Source of the DNA: a virus
Length of the DNA: 64,000 bases
Reading direction: 5' to 3' (one strand)
Virus record (IMG/VR): IMGVR_UViG_3300050166_000025
Location: 32,001 to 96,000 of that record
The notes beneath the pieces were generated by a model. The model ran no database searches and was not told the DNA's origin. It saw only the letters and a list, made by a program, of their open reading frames with translations. Shown piece by piece: positions 1-10,171 of this stretch. Position 1 is the first letter of the stretch; every line of letters begins with the position of its first letter. Position numbers and translations under genes: made by a program.

Positions 1-740
1 ATTCTAGAAGCTGTTGTAATTGAAGAGTAAGAGATGTAGATGATTTGAGCATCATACATTTTGCGCTCTTTGATTGGATCATCCTTAAATTGAATCCAAA
101 CTTTCTTACCATCTTCTTTATTGTATGCTGGAACTAGTGTAACTGGATCAATCTCTTTGAAACCAATAATCTCTGTCATTTCAGGATTATAGATAATTTC
201 AAAAGCTAGATAACCGTCAATTAACCATTTACGGAAATAGAACCAAACTGATTGATCCTGCGCAAAGCCAAAGTATTGATAGATATTTCTATAGGCTTTA
301 TTTAAGTATTCTGTAACATCGCTTGACACTTCTAATCCGATTAGAGAAGGTGATGCGACGAAATTTTTCTCATCGAATACAATAGTCTCATCACATAGAA
401 TGTCTAGAATGTCTTCAATCTCATCATATAGAGAGAATTGTCTTAACTCTTCTCTCTTTGACTTATAGTTCATGTCGAAGAACGGAATGTTCTTTCTCAT
501 GTTTGTATCTGCCATTGAAAGGGCTGCAAATGCGCCGTAGATGTCATCTGAATCGACACCCATTAGGTTCATTTGACCATAACCATACTGATCTTCTGCT
601 GGTCCAATCGCTTGAGATTGTCTCAATACCAAGTCATCGTAGTACATTCCAAAAGACGACAACTTCTTAAGTGTATCACTTAAGTTAAATTGTCTCTTAC
701 CGGTACTAAATGGTCCGTTTCTCTCTACGAATCCTGCCAT
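1..740 (-). CDS. gp20: portal protein (T4 gp20-like), 3' end runs off the left window edge
   Basis: Not in the ORF track. Manual translation from ATG 740: MAGFVERNG...EIEDILDILCDETIV...YFRKWLIDGYLAFEIIY...GFKEIDPVTL, matching T4-like portal motifs. Confidence 0.85.
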   Translation of the reverse strand, partial: MAGFVERNGPFSTGKRQFNLSDTLKKLSSFGMYYDDLVLRQSQAIGPAEDQYGYGQMNLMGVDSDDIYGAFAALSMADTNMRKNIPFFDMNYKSKREELRQFSLYDEIEDILDILCDETIVFDEKNFVASPSLIGLEVSSDVTEYLNKAYRNIYQYFGFAQDQSVWFYFRKWLIDGYLAFEIIYNPEMTEIIGFKEIDPVTLVPAYNKEDGKKVWIQFKDDPIKERKMYDAQIIYISYSSITTASR

Positions 741-772
741 AATTTATGGGTTAAAGTTTTTATTATATTGAT

Positions 773-780
773 TATATATT
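773..780 (-). promoter_or_regulatory. putative late promoter AATATATA
   Basis: RATATATA octamer recurs upstream of many genes; analogous to the T4 late promoter TATAAATA. Confidence 0.6.
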
Positions 781-783
781 CTT

Positions 784-1407
784 TTAAAATTTCAGCCTGT
801 TAATATTATACTCTGTGAACATTCTTCTTACCGCTGATGCCGTGGAACCATGAATATGTATGAAATCGCATAATGCTATTCTAGCCCAACTTTCATAGCT
901 CACCACAGCTTGATTCTTCTTTAGATTAGTTTTATATCTTCTAATTGCAAATCCAAATCCAAACTTATCCAGAAATTTTTTAACTTCTTCATACCTAAAT
1001 ATCAAAGGATTTTGTAATGCAGCGTTACCGCTTTTAATTCCTTTGGTTAGGCTTTCTATTTTAATATGATATGCCCCGTAAAATGTGTCCAACAATTGTT
1101 CTTTTATTTTAATAGGTAGCAGATTCAAATTAATTCCACAGTCAGTTTTTTTATCTATTGGATATAGTGCTAAAACAGTTGGTTTAATGTCAAACCATTC
1201 CAGATCGTCTTTACCTAATGGTGTCCTATAATCAAAAACATAGATTTTGCCCGGAGAAAAAGGCTTAGGGGTAAATTCAACGTCCTTTATTTTTCTGGAT
1301 TTTAAACCATCTTCAAACCATTGATTTGATTCTACTCTGGCCAACTTTTTACTACCAGCCGTCTTTACTAAATCGTCTATCTGCTTCTTAAGTCTAATGT
1401 AGGCCAT
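784..1407 (-). CDS. DNA end protector protein (gp2-like)
   Basis: PGKIYVFDY..P...L.WFD..P...GINLNLLP...AIRRY motifs; adjacent to gp4. Confidence 0.75.
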   Translation of the reverse strand: MAYIRLKKQIDDLVKTAGSKKLARVESNQWFEDGLKSRKIKDVEFTPKPFSPGKIYVFDYRTPLGKDDLEWFDIKPTVLALYPIDKKTDCGINLNLLPIKIKEQLLDTFYGAYHIKIESLTKGIKSGNAALQNPLIFRYEEVKKFLDKFGFGFAIRRYKTNLKKNQAVVSYESWARIALCDFIHIHGSTASAVRRMFTEYNINRLKF

Positions 1408-1879
1408 TGATTGAATCTTCTGTTAGCACTATAAAGTGCCAGTTTCTGTTAGCACAGTATGCTTTTGCTGCTGTGTATTTATCCATGTTTCTAACGTATG
1501 CCTCAGCAAGAAACTTATAAGACTCAAGAGCCTTTCTAGAAGTCTTGGTTGGCATTACAGGCTTTTGAATCTGTGCTTTAGGTTTTATTTCAACTAAAAA
1601 TTCTTTTAACTTACCATCGTCTTGTATCACTTTCATATAGAAGTCTGGAAAGTAGTTATGTGTTCTTTGATCCTGTCTCGATAAGTATTCAATTTGAACA
1701 GGCTCACTCGACCACAATAACACCTTCTCGTTAGAATCACACCAGATCATAAACTTTCTTTCCCAAGACGAGCGATATATGATTGGACTAGGTCCTACAT
1801 ATTTTGCTGGATTGTTGGGATTAAAGTAACCCTGATTAAAACCAGAGTTCTTGGTGGGTTTAACGTTTTTAATTGACAT
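1394..1879 (-). CDS. gp4: head completion nuclease (gp4, TnsA-like)
   Basis: QGYFNPNNPAKYVG, YRSSWERKFMIWCD, WSSEP, YFPDF, EIKP motifs. Confidence 0.9.
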   Translation of the reverse strand: MSIKNVKPTKNSGFNQGYFNPNNPAKYVGPSPIIYRSSWERKFMIWCDSNEKVLLWSSEPVQIEYLSRQDQRTHNYFPDFYMKVIQDDGKLKEFLVEIKPKAQIQKPVMPTKTSRKALESYKFLAEAYVRNMDKYTAAKAYCANRNWHFIVLTEDSINGLH

Positions 1880-2289
1880 TATATTGTGTAAATACCGCCA
1901 CCTTCTTCTCCATCTCTACCTCTTCCTGCTCTATCAATTGAGAGTGTGCCTTTATATTTTTCTGGGTGAATAGCATTCCAGCCCTTTGCATAACCTTTCT
2001 TTGCGATTTCTGTAAAGTATGCAAAGGCGTTAGTGTAGATTGGGTTAAAATTACGCCAATACTTTAGTAGATCTAAGATAGCAAACTGAAGACAGTCTTC
2101 TCTATCTTTTTCGTCAACATATTTCATTTTCATGATCGCTTTCTGTGCTAAGAGAATCAGCATCTTTTCAGCGTCTCTCGTTAACTTGTCTTGTTCTTTT
2201 GAAGCAACAATTGCAGCGTAGAAATCTGCGTTGTTCAAATAGTTCTTTTTTCTGGGTGCCTTTGGCTTTTCTGACTTTTCTGGATTCAC
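1879..2289 (-). CDS. gp55: late-transcription sigma factor (gp55-like)
   Basis: NYLNNADFY...NFNP...NAFAYFTEI signature. Confidence 0.85.
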   Translation of the reverse strand: MNPEKSEKPKAPRKKNYLNNADFYAAIVASKEQDKLTRDAEKMLILLAQKAIMKMKYVDEKDREDCLQFAILDLLKYWRNFNPIYTNAFAYFTEIAKKGYAKGWNAIHPEKYKGTLSIDRAGRGRDGEEGGGIYTI

Positions 2290-2310
2290 TGTTTATCTTC
2301 TTTTTGATTA

Positions 2311-2337
2311 ATTATACACAGAATCTTTGATTTGTTT
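2311..2337 (-). promoter_or_regulatory. putative middle promoter AAACAA-N15-TATAAT
   Basis: Same motif and spacing at 12135, 16900 and 35210. Confidence 0.6.
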
Positions 2338-2345
2338 ATTAAAGA

Positions 2346-2370
2346 CAAAAGGGACACTAGGTCCCTTTTG
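2346..2370. terminator. intrinsic terminator hairpin
   Basis: caaaa-gggac-actag-gtccc-ttttg inverted repeat downstream of ORF 2391..3152. Confidence 0.75.
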
Positions 2371-2390
2371 TAACTATAAAATATAGAAGA

Positions 2391-3152
2391 TTATGCTTTT
2401 AATTCAGCAATCTTAGATTCCCAAACTTTGATCTCTGAGTTAATTAAATCATCAGCTGCTTTGATTTCAGCAATTGATTTATCGTGATTTGCAATAACTT
2501 CTCTCTGATCTTTTAAGAATGAGATGATGTCTTGACATTCTGCAACCTGCTCGTTTACTTTAGCAATTTCAGCAGCTGCACCTTCTAATAATTCTGCTAA
2601 GAATGAAGTAGCATCTTCATCAGTTGCCAAATGAACGTATTCTAATGCTGCATTAGCGTTCTTTGCTTCAAAGAATTTAGCAATGCTGTTAGCTTTATTA
2701 TATCTTGCAACGAAAACTTTCTCTTCGACTTTCATTAAGTCAACTGTTACATTATTTCCTTCGAAAGAAGCAACAAAATCTAAGATTGTAAAGTTTTCTA
2801 ACATTGATGGAATTGCTTCAAATAACTCAGCTTGCGCTAAATTTTCATATCTGATTCCACCTGCTGCAAAAATGTGATTAGCAAAAGACTCGTCTAGGAT
2901 TTCAGTATTACCCCATGTGAATTTATTTTCAGCTAAGTTGTAATTGAATCTAGAAGTGCCTAAATACCATCTAACGTTTTCGTTTGTAAATTCAAAAGAT
3001 TCGAAAGCGCTGATTGCCTTTGCAAATTCAGAAGATTCAATCTTTTCTAATTCAGTGATTTGGTTGCCTGTCATTTCAAAAACTCTGCCATTTAAGTAAA
3101 ATTGGCTAGAGGATTCCGTTACTGATACAGGGGCTAAAATGTTAATTTTCAT
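2391..3152 (-). CDS. hypothetical late protein with C-terminal coiled coil
   Basis: 253-aa ORF; GATATATA at 3178-3185 upstream. Confidence 0.7.
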   Translation of the reverse strand: MKINILAPVSVTESSSQFYLNGRVFEMTGNQITELEKIESSEFAKAISAFESFEFTNENVRWYLGTSRFNYNLAENKFTWGNTEILDESFANHIFAAGGIRYENLAQAELFEAIPSMLENFTILDFVASFEGNNVTVDLMKVEEKVFVARYNKANSIAKFFEAKNANAALEYVHLATDEDATSFLAELLEGAAAEIAKVNEQVAECQDIISFLKDQREVIANHDKSIAEIKAADDLINSEIKVWESKIAELKA

Positions 3153-3191
3153 TTGTTATCCGTTTTTATTCTTTTGTTATATATCCTCTTA

Positions 3192-3992
3192 TTATATGGT
3201 ATTTTTTCCAATTATGTTTACATCATCTGTTGACCTGCCTCGCATGAATTGTTCTGACATTTGATCAGTCACCGTTGAAATGATTTCAAACATTCTATTT
3301 CCTGCATGAATCTCTGTGTCAAATTCAAAAACTGGCATAAAGGAGTTCACCTCGATTGGAAAAGTAACCTTATATTTACCCTTATCATCGAACGTAAACT
3401 CAATGGGTCTCTCTTGTGTAAAATCCTCTGGCAATGCGTAGTATGAAGCCAATTTATATGTGCCTTCATTTAAGTGTCCTACTTCAACATTAAAATAGTT
3501 AGATTTGTATAGCTTCTTAATGATCATCTCGGTGATTTTAAGAGCATCTAACTGTGAAGATACTAGAATCTCTACATCAAAGGATAGGGTGATCGGGATC
3601 ATCATGAATTCAGACGTGTAGCCTTCCATGGCTCCTTGATCATTCATCTTTGTGTAGTTACCTCTAACTCTTCTATTAACCAGCTTAGAGGAGTCTATCT
3701 GCATAGAACTTAAATTTGCCACACCTCTTGGAATCTTATCGTAATTACCGTCAGCCATTGCCGGATCCGGTAGGCAGTCTACCCCATCGACCGTTGAGAA
3801 TAGAAAATGATCACGTAAAAATTGATCGTCACCCGTGATTGAATAGTAGAATGGAACGTCGATAGCGGTCCTAGTATTATTGTCTAGTTGACGATAAAAG
3901 AAGACTTTATTGTTTAAGTCTGCTAGAAGACCGATGATAATGTGTCTAACTACACTATCGTCCTGATTATACTTTACGTTATACGACGCCAT
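3192..3992 (-). CDS. tail sheath stabilizer/terminator (gp15-like)
   Basis: RHIIIGLLADLNN, IDVPFYY, IPRG, PITLSFDVEI, DALKITE pattern. Confidence 0.7.
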   Translation of the reverse strand: MASYNVKYNQDDSVVRHIIIGLLADLNNKVFFYRQLDNNTRTAIDVPFYYSITGDDQFLRDHFLFSTVDGVDCLPDPAMADGNYDKIPRGVANLSSMQIDSSKLVNRRVRGNYTKMNDQGAMEGYTSEFMMIPITLSFDVEILVSSQLDALKITEMIIKKLYKSNYFNVEVGHLNEGTYKLASYYALPEDFTQERPIEFTFDDKGKYKVTFPIEVNSFMPVFEFDTEIHAGNRMFEIISTVTDQMSEQFMRGRSTDDVNIIGKNTI

Positions 3993-4003
3993 ATTTTACT
4001 TTA

Positions 4004-5677
4004 TTATTCAATAACTTCTATTTCAAATTTAGAGAATCCATTTTCTCTAAAAATCTGTAACTTCTTATCAAAGATCTCGTGTGGCAAGGTCGAATGATTG
4101 ATAACAAATGTATTTATCTTGCTTTCTTTTATTACTTGACTCAAGATCTTTAAGATGTTATAGATACCGTCCTGATCCACTGAACTCAATAGCTCATCTA
4201 GGAACAGGAGATTCAATTGTGGAAATCTTAATTTCATGATCTTGATGATGGCAATGATAATTACAAAGTCTGCCTTCTTACGTTCTCCAGTTGACAAGGT
4301 CATTGCATTAATTTCTTGTCCTAAGTGTGTAATAACACAATCAAACTTGTCATTGAACTTTAATTGAAACGGTAAGTGCATTGTCTGACTCATTGCTGAA
4401 ATATTAGCGTTCAGACCTGGCAAAATTGTTTTGATGGCTAGGTTCTTAACTCCATCTTCTCCTAGAATCTCTTCTATTGCTTCAAGGAATACGTATTCCT
4501 TGGACGATTTGTCTTTTTGTTGGCCGGTCTGGTTCTCTTTCTGTTCGAAATCATCTATAATTTGTTTTAAGTGGTCAAACTGACCGTTATTTTCTAAACT
4601 ACTCTTAATTGATAACAATTCATTCTTTAAGTTTCTAATGCTTGAGTTTAACATTGAAACCTTATCTAACACTTGTGTCTCTTTGGTCTTTAAATCACGC
4701 AGAGCCATCTTAACCTGATCTATTTCGGTTGCAACTTGCTCTATTTCAGCCGGCATTTCTGTTGCCTTGGTATTTAATTCTTCTTTTCTATGCTGGTGGA
4801 AATCACCCGTTAGAGGAGCTTCACACGTTGGACATGTACCCTGCTCATAAAGTGCCAATTTCTTTTTTAATTGATCTAGCTCATACTTTAAGATATTATG
4901 AGAGCCAGACTTCTTTTCATAAGAGCTAGTTTCTTTACCAATGGCCTCTTTAATTTTGTCACGAGCATCTTCTAACTTTTTCTTGTTTTCATCCATGTGG
5001 ATTAAACGATCTTTAAGATCCTGTATGCTATCTTTATTTTTCTGATCTGACTCAGCTAAGAGCTCATTTAACTTCATTTGAACTGAAGTCATGCTCTCAT
5101 TAATTTGACGAAGATCTCTCTCAAAAGAATCCAAATCCTGCTTTAGGTTCTTTCTTTCATTCTTAACCGCTAATTGCATATCATTTAAGATTGAGAAACC
5201 AAACATCTTATCGATGATCTGTTTCTTGTCGTTGCCTGACATTGTTAAGAAAGACTTAAAGTCATTCACAGATAAGATGATAATATTCTTAAATACGTGA
5301 TATGGTATACCGTAAATCTCTTCTTCTAAATAGTCTTGAACTGACTTCTTACCTGCTTTATCAAACTCTATGCCGTTCAATAAGACTTTAAAATGAGCTG
5401 GCGCTAGGCCTCTTTCAATCTCAACCTCAATACTCTTGCACTGCAACTTAACCCTGACCATTAGGTTTTTATTGATACGATTAGGTAGTTCACTCATCTT
5501 AACGCCATCTAGTTTACCATACAGCGCAAAGACGATTGCATTTGCAATTGTTGTTTTACCATCGCCATTCTTACCAAGTGTCAAAAACAGCTCAGCCTTA
5601 TCGTCTTCAAATGATAAGGTCTGAACTTTGTTACCGTAAGATGCAAAGTTTTTAAATTCGATTGATCTAATTCGCAT
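4004..5677 (-). CDS. gp46: recombination ATPase gp46 (SbcC/Rad50-like)
   Basis: FKNFASYGN, Walker A GKNGDGKTT, CPTC zinc hook, LSTGE signature, LFLDE. Confidence 0.95.
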   Translation of the reverse strand: MRIRSIEFKNFASYGNKVQTLSFEDDKAELFLTLGKNGDGKTTIANAIVFALYGKLDGVKMSELPNRINKNLMVRVKLQCKSIEVEIERGLAPAHFKVLLNGIEFDKAGKKSVQDYLEEEIYGIPYHVFKNIIILSVNDFKSFLTMSGNDKKQIIDKMFGFSILNDMQLAVKNERKNLKQDLDSFERDLRQINESMTSVQMKLNELLAESDQKNKDSIQDLKDRLIHMDENKKKLEDARDKIKEAIGKETSSYEKKSGSHNILKYELDQLKKKLALYEQGTCPTCEAPLTGDFHQHRKEELNTKATEMPAEIEQVATEIDQVKMALRDLKTKETQVLDKVSMLNSSIRNLKNELLSIKSSLENNGQFDHLKQIIDDFEQKENQTGQQKDKSSKEYVFLEAIEEILGEDGVKNLAIKTILPGLNANISAMSQTMHLPFQLKFNDKFDCVITHLGQEINAMTLSTGERKKADFVIIIAIIKIMKLRFPQLNLLFLDELLSSVDQDGIYNILKILSQVIKESKINTFVINHSTLPHEIFDKKLQIFRENGFSKFEIEVIE

Positions 5678-5678
5678 A

Positions 5679-6794
5679 TTATTGTTCTAAATCGTAGCTA
5701 TAAGCAACGTTGTCGTGTATCTGTTTTAGTCTGGACTTTAACTTTTGTTTCATTTCTTCGTCATGACCCAGCCCTTCAATATACATATTACACAAATGGA
5801 GTATATTGTAGTTCTTATACATGTCCTCGATCTGATCCATGTCATATAGATCCTTATCGACTAGAGACTCGTCTTCGTAAATACTGGGCTCAATTTTTCT
5901 AGACTCTTTCTGAACCTTATTAATCAGCTTTGATAGAGCAGAACTGGTTGCAATACTAGAAGGCACGTATAAGTCTACGAAGTTGTTTTGAATCTGCTTC
6001 TTGAACTCTCCAAGTTGCACCATGTACAGGCTCTTTAAATTAAATTTAAGGAACTTAGGTGATACATCATTCTGAAAGAAAGTCTCCTCCATCGTCTCTA
6101 AATCAACGAGGTCAAAGCCTTTAACGTTACCTGAATCTGAACGTGTCAATTCATAGGGAGTTCCAACCAAGCGTAACTTTCCTTTGCGTTGACGATAGTG
6201 AATGTGACCAGAATAAACTGCGTCAAATCCCTTATAGTTTTCAGTATCTGTTCCATGATGATTCTGTACCTTTGCGTTTAGATGAACTCCAGAAACCTCA
6301 GAGTGACAGAACACAATATTGGAGTTGGAATACTTTGCAAGAGTTTCGACCTCGTGCTCAGCATCTCTTCTCCATGGCATTAATAGAACTTGCTTATCGT
6401 GCCACTTAAACTGCTTAGGCTTCTTATAGATGCCAACGTTAGGGATCCACTTTAGAGCGTCAATTGAAGTTACATCATTTGACTTCTTTGCCCAGATATC
6501 GTGATTGCCACATATAATATGAACTGGCAAGATTTTTCCAAGTCTTTCAAATAGATCGATTGCATAGTGTAGAACTTTAAGATTAACGCTCTGTCTATTA
6601 TCGAACACGTCTCCAACTTGAACAAGGACATCACCTGGTTTTGCATGTTCCAATAATGTTGGAATCATTACCTTCTCAAAGAATTCTGTTTGAATGTCTA
6701 GCCACTCAATTGAGTTGGATCTAACTCCAAAGTGAACATCTCCTAGAACCCAGATTCTTTTTACAGGTTGCTTTAGTACTTTTTCTTCAATCAT
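5679..6794 (-). CDS. gp47: recombination nuclease gp47 (SbcD/Mre11-like)
   Basis: GDVHFG, GDVFD, GNHD, SGHIH metallophosphoesterase motifs. Confidence 0.95.
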   Translation of the reverse strand: MIEEKVLKQPVKRIWVLGDVHFGVRSNSIEWLDIQTEFFEKVMIPTLLEHAKPGDVLVQVGDVFDNRQSVNLKVLHYAIDLFERLGKILPVHIICGNHDIWAKKSNDVTSIDALKWIPNVGIYKKPKQFKWHDKQVLLMPWRRDAEHEVETLAKYSNSNIVFCHSEVSGVHLNAKVQNHHGTDTENYKGFDAVYSGHIHYRQRKGKLRLVGTPYELTRSDSGNVKGFDLVDLETMEETFFQNDVSPKFLKFNLKSLYMVQLGEFKKQIQNNFVDLYVPSSIATSSALSKLINKVQKESRKIEPSIYEDESLVDKDLYDMDQIEDMYKNYNILHLCNMYIEGLGHDEEMKQKLKSRLKQIHDNVAYSYDLEQ

Positions 6795-7234
6795 TAGAAT
6801 AAACGATTAATTTTTTTACGCTTTAAGATTTCAGTTCTATCATCAAGGGCTTGAATCAGGTCCTCTTTAAATTTGTTACTTAACGATGAATAGAACTTGG
6901 TTGGATTAACGTTAAAGTAATCTGCTGTCTCTGCAAAGATTTCAATCAATGAATACTTGTCATCTAACTCAGCTGCAATAAATTCATAGACTTCGTTAAT
7001 GTCAAGCTTCTTTAACTTTTTAGCCTCTGCTAAATCATCTAGGTCATTGAATGATTTGAATCTAGACACAACTACCAGATCGTGAATATCTCTTCTGATC
7101 ATATCTAATTGAATCTTGTCTTCTTCATCAGTATTGTCTGCGTACTGTGGAGAGATTTGAAACGAGATGCTCGAATCTAATTCAAACGCCTGATCATGAA
7201 ACGTATTGTCAAATATTTTATCTCTTTTTTCCAT
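6794..7234 (-). CDS. possible gp33-like late transcription co-activator
   Basis: C-terminal helical pattern YSLIEIFAETADYFNVNPTKFYSSLSNKFKEDL resembles gp33; weak match. Confidence 0.4.
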   Translation of the reverse strand: MEKRDKIFDNTFHDQAFELDSSISFQISPQYADNTDEEDKIQLDMIRRDIHDLVVVSRFKSFNDLDDLAEAKKLKKLDINEVYEFIAAELDDKYSLIEIFAETADYFNVNPTKFYSSLSNKFKEDLIQALDDRTEILKRKKINRLF

Positions 7235-7245
7235 GGGGTTATTGT

Positions 7246-8553
7246 TTATAGTTCATGGATGTTTGAATTACTGAGTTCATCAGTTTCTGTCAATCGCATG
7301 TATTGATAATTAATGTTTAATTTACACTTAACTCCTCGGCCTTCGCCATCTCTAATTTTTAAGATCTTTAACCAGTACTCATAACTGGCTCTCATAATAT
7401 CGTCTTGAATAATACCTAGCATGACGTCGGCTGTGTGTGAAAGACCGGCTGATTCAGCTACGTCTGACATTGAAATATCTGAAGAGTTATAACCGCTTCT
7501 TGTAATCTGAGTTGCTGTTACAATCAACCACTTGTTTCTGACACCCATTGCTCTTAAATCTTCGGCAATCTGCTTAATCTTTAAGTAAGTATTTTCTGAG
7601 TTAGGGTTTCTATAATTTGATAAGATGTTAATGTAATCAATTACAATTTTACCTAATTTGATTTTACGCTCTTCTTCGATCTGCTTTAGGTAGGCTTCAA
7701 TATCTGGCACAGTTGCTTGAGAAGTTGGAAACTGCTTAACGAATAGTTGACCTGGAGGAGTTAACCCGTCGCCAACAGTTTCCAGCTTTCTTTTCAACCA
7801 ATCAGTATTCTTTGCTTTATCATCGTACTCATTCATTGTTACCGAAAGAACATTAGAACCAATACGCTTCATGAATTTGTGAGCTGACATTTCAGCAGTA
7901 ATAACCGCTGTGTTTGTTCCCATCTTTACTGCGCTAGCAGCTTCATTTGCAAGATAGATTGATTTACCAATGTTCTGTTCACCAACATAAACCACTAGAG
8001 TTCCATCTTTATCGTATCCACCGCCTAGAGCTCTATCTAAGAAGTTGTAGCCTGATGAAGTTTTAGTAACTCCTTCTTGAACGTGGTCAGTTGGATTAAA
8101 GAAGTCTAATCCGATGTCTGAATTAAAGGTCAGAGAGTTCCTGTCGTTAATTAAACCTTTAACCTTAGTAATAATACTATCGACGTTATCTGGATTCACC
8201 TGAGTTGTCTTGATGAACTCGATGGTGTCAATCAGAGTTGTATCGAAGTTACGCCATTTAATCCAGGACTCGGCTGTTGTAGTTAACCATTCCTCATCAT
8301 ATTGTGTTAAGTCAGAATGATACACGACATCAATAATGTCGGGATCAACTTCGGTTTTTGCACGTTGAACTAGCAACTTCATCTGCTCTAGAGATGGAGA
8401 TTCATGAAACTTATCATGAAATTTAGTTGCCAGATAGTGCATAGCGTCTATCTCTTCACTAGTATAAAAGCCTTTCTTAATTGCTTCTAAATACTTTGGT
8501 TTTTGTAGAGATAGTTTAAAGAATATTTTCTCGAAGTCTTGTCCGAATTTCAT
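7246..8553 (-). CDS. gp41: replicative DnaB-like helicase gp41
   Basis: GEQNIGKS, TAEMS, IDYIN, TATQITR, AESAGL motifs. Confidence 0.95.
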   Translation of the reverse strand: MKFGQDFEKIFFKLSLQKPKYLEAIKKGFYTSEEIDAMHYLATKFHDKFHESPSLEQMKLLVQRAKTEVDPDIIDVVYHSDLTQYDEEWLTTTAESWIKWRNFDTTLIDTIEFIKTTQVNPDNVDSIITKVKGLINDRNSLTFNSDIGLDFFNPTDHVQEGVTKTSSGYNFLDRALGGGYDKDGTLVVYVGEQNIGKSIYLANEAASAVKMGTNTAVITAEMSAHKFMKRIGSNVLSVTMNEYDDKAKNTDWLKRKLETVGDGLTPPGQLFVKQFPTSQATVPDIEAYLKQIEEERKIKLGKIVIDYINILSNYRNPNSENTYLKIKQIAEDLRAMGVRNKWLIVTATQITRSGYNSSDISMSDVAESAGLSHTADVMLGIIQDDIMRASYEYWLKILKIRDGEGRGVKCKLNINYQYMRLTETDELSNSNIHEL

Positions 8554-8861
8554 GCGAATGGATTTAAAATTATTCTATACGTTTCTTTGCCTTCTGTTTC
8601 ACATGTGCACTCAATTAATCCTAATTCAATTGCATGTTTTAATCCAGCTTCTATGTTTGACTCTGGAAATCCAGCCGCTTCATACTTGATTAGAGCGTGT
8701 TTAGAAAAAGTGTCCTTATATCTTTCTGAATTTCTTCTGGCACGTTGCACATAGATATACACTATGTCAAACGCATCTGGGTATTGCTCAAATTCCTGCT
8801 CTATACCCAAGATATATTTGATAGGTAACATATCTTCTGATAGTTGATGAACGTTACTCAT
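8550..8861 (-). CDS. hypothetical protein, possible winged helix
   Basis: Start moved to MSNVHQ, just after the uvsX stop; wHTH-like C-terminus. Confidence 0.6.
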   Translation of the reverse strand: MSNVHQLSEDMLPIKYILGIEQEFEQYPDAFDIVYIYVQRARRNSERYKDTFSKHALIKYEAAGFPESNIEAGLKHAIELGLIECTCETEGKETYRIILNPFA

Positions 8862-8862
8862 T

Positions 8863-9978
8863 TTAATCTTCTTCGTTAATGATGTCATCGATAGTAAAAT
8901 CGTTCACATCAGTGTTGTAGTTAAAGATAGGTTTGATGTGTTCATCAATCTGCTGTAATACTTCTTTAGTGAATACTTTTTCAGTAAAGAATTCTGCGTT
9001 AGTAATAGGTGTGTCTAAGTGCTTACATACCCATGTTCTTGCTGTATCCTTTAAAACTTTCTCCTTTGTTTTTGGGTCGATAGTTCCTCTTGCTACACCG
9101 CAAATATCCCATGTTGCATACTGCTCCAATCCAACATAACGATTCATACCTTTGCTAAAGTCAAGGTGAAACTTAATAGGATGTGGTTTTGCAAATCGAT
9201 TCTTAGCAGGTTTAGCCGTTACAATAATACCTACTCTTTCTGCTCCATCCTTTAACTGTGCTTTTGTAAGCATCAATACAATAGAAGCTGCGTACTCTGG
9301 GCCTGTTCCGCCACCGGCTACATGAACTGGCATAAAATCCTGTGACAAATAAGTGTGGTTAGTAAACAAGAAAGGAATCTTTAAGTCTGCTAAAGGAGTC
9401 ATGATGATTCTAAAGATTGACTTAAGCACTTTAGAGCGAGTCATATCTGCTTTATCTGAACCGTTTGCAGCATCATCAATTTCTTTCTGTGTTGCTAAGT
9501 TACCAGCCGAATCTAAAAGAATCATTACCTTTGGTAATTCTGCTCCATTTCTTTTAGCATCTTGCATCTTCTTAGTAATAGTAGTAACCGAAGTTCTAAA
9601 CTCCTGCACTGTATTTACTGGTTGATAATTGACTTTAGAAATATCGATGCCGAACTTCTTCATTAGGTCTTTATCGATAGCTGCTTCAGAATCATAGTAG
9701 ATGACACTGTAACCCATGTCAATTGCTTCTCTTACTGTATTCAACATTAAGAAAGTCTTGCCTGTTCCTGAAGGGCCAGCTACTGAGACCGCTCTGTTGT
9801 TTGGCCATCCTTTAAAAAGAGAACCCGATACGCATGCATTTAGGTGATAATTACCCGTATCAATATATTCTGTGATTTCACTAAAGTCTGATAGCTCCAT
9901 GATAGAGCCCATTGGATTTAATGCAGCTAATTCACTGTTTAAATCATCAAACGTGAAAGATTTGTTACTTTTTGCCAT
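8863..9978 (-). CDS. uvsX: RecA-like recombinase UvsX
   Basis: GPSGTGKT, YYDSEAA, LDSAGNL, TNHTY, GGGTG motifs. Confidence 0.95.
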   Translation of the reverse strand: MAKSNKSFTFDDLNSELAALNPMGSIMELSDFSEITEYIDTGNYHLNACVSGSLFKGWPNNRAVSVAGPSGTGKTFLMLNTVREAIDMGYSVIYYDSEAAIDKDLMKKFGIDISKVNYQPVNTVQEFRTSVTTITKKMQDAKRNGAELPKVMILLDSAGNLATQKEIDDAANGSDKADMTRSKVLKSIFRIIMTPLADLKIPFLFTNHTYLSQDFMPVHVAGGGTGPEYAASIVLMLTKAQLKDGAERVGIIVTAKPAKNRFAKPHPIKFHLDFSKGMNRYVGLEQYATWDICGVARGTIDPKTKEKVLKDTARTWVCKHLDTPITNAEFFTEKVFTKEVLQQIDEHIKPIFNYNTDVNDFTIDDIINEED

Positions 9979-10171
9979 TTCCTTGTGTTGTTTTTTGTTC
10001 TAATTCTCTTAAATCTTGCAGCTCTTTAGTTGCTAGATTAATTTCAGATTCTAACATAGCCATTCTAGTTTGTAAAACCTTGACTCTATTTAAAATCTCT
10101 TGATATTTCTCGACAAATTCTAATTGAATTTGATCTAAATTATCTAATAAGTGTTCCGAATTCGTTTGCAT
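9965..10171 (-). CDS. small coiled-coil hypothetical protein
   Basis: 68-aa heptad-rich ORF coupled to both neighbours. Confidence 0.65.
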   Translation of the reverse strand: MQTNSEHLLDNLDQIQLEFVEKYQEILNRVKVLQTRMAMLESEINLATKELQDLRELEQKTTQGNGKK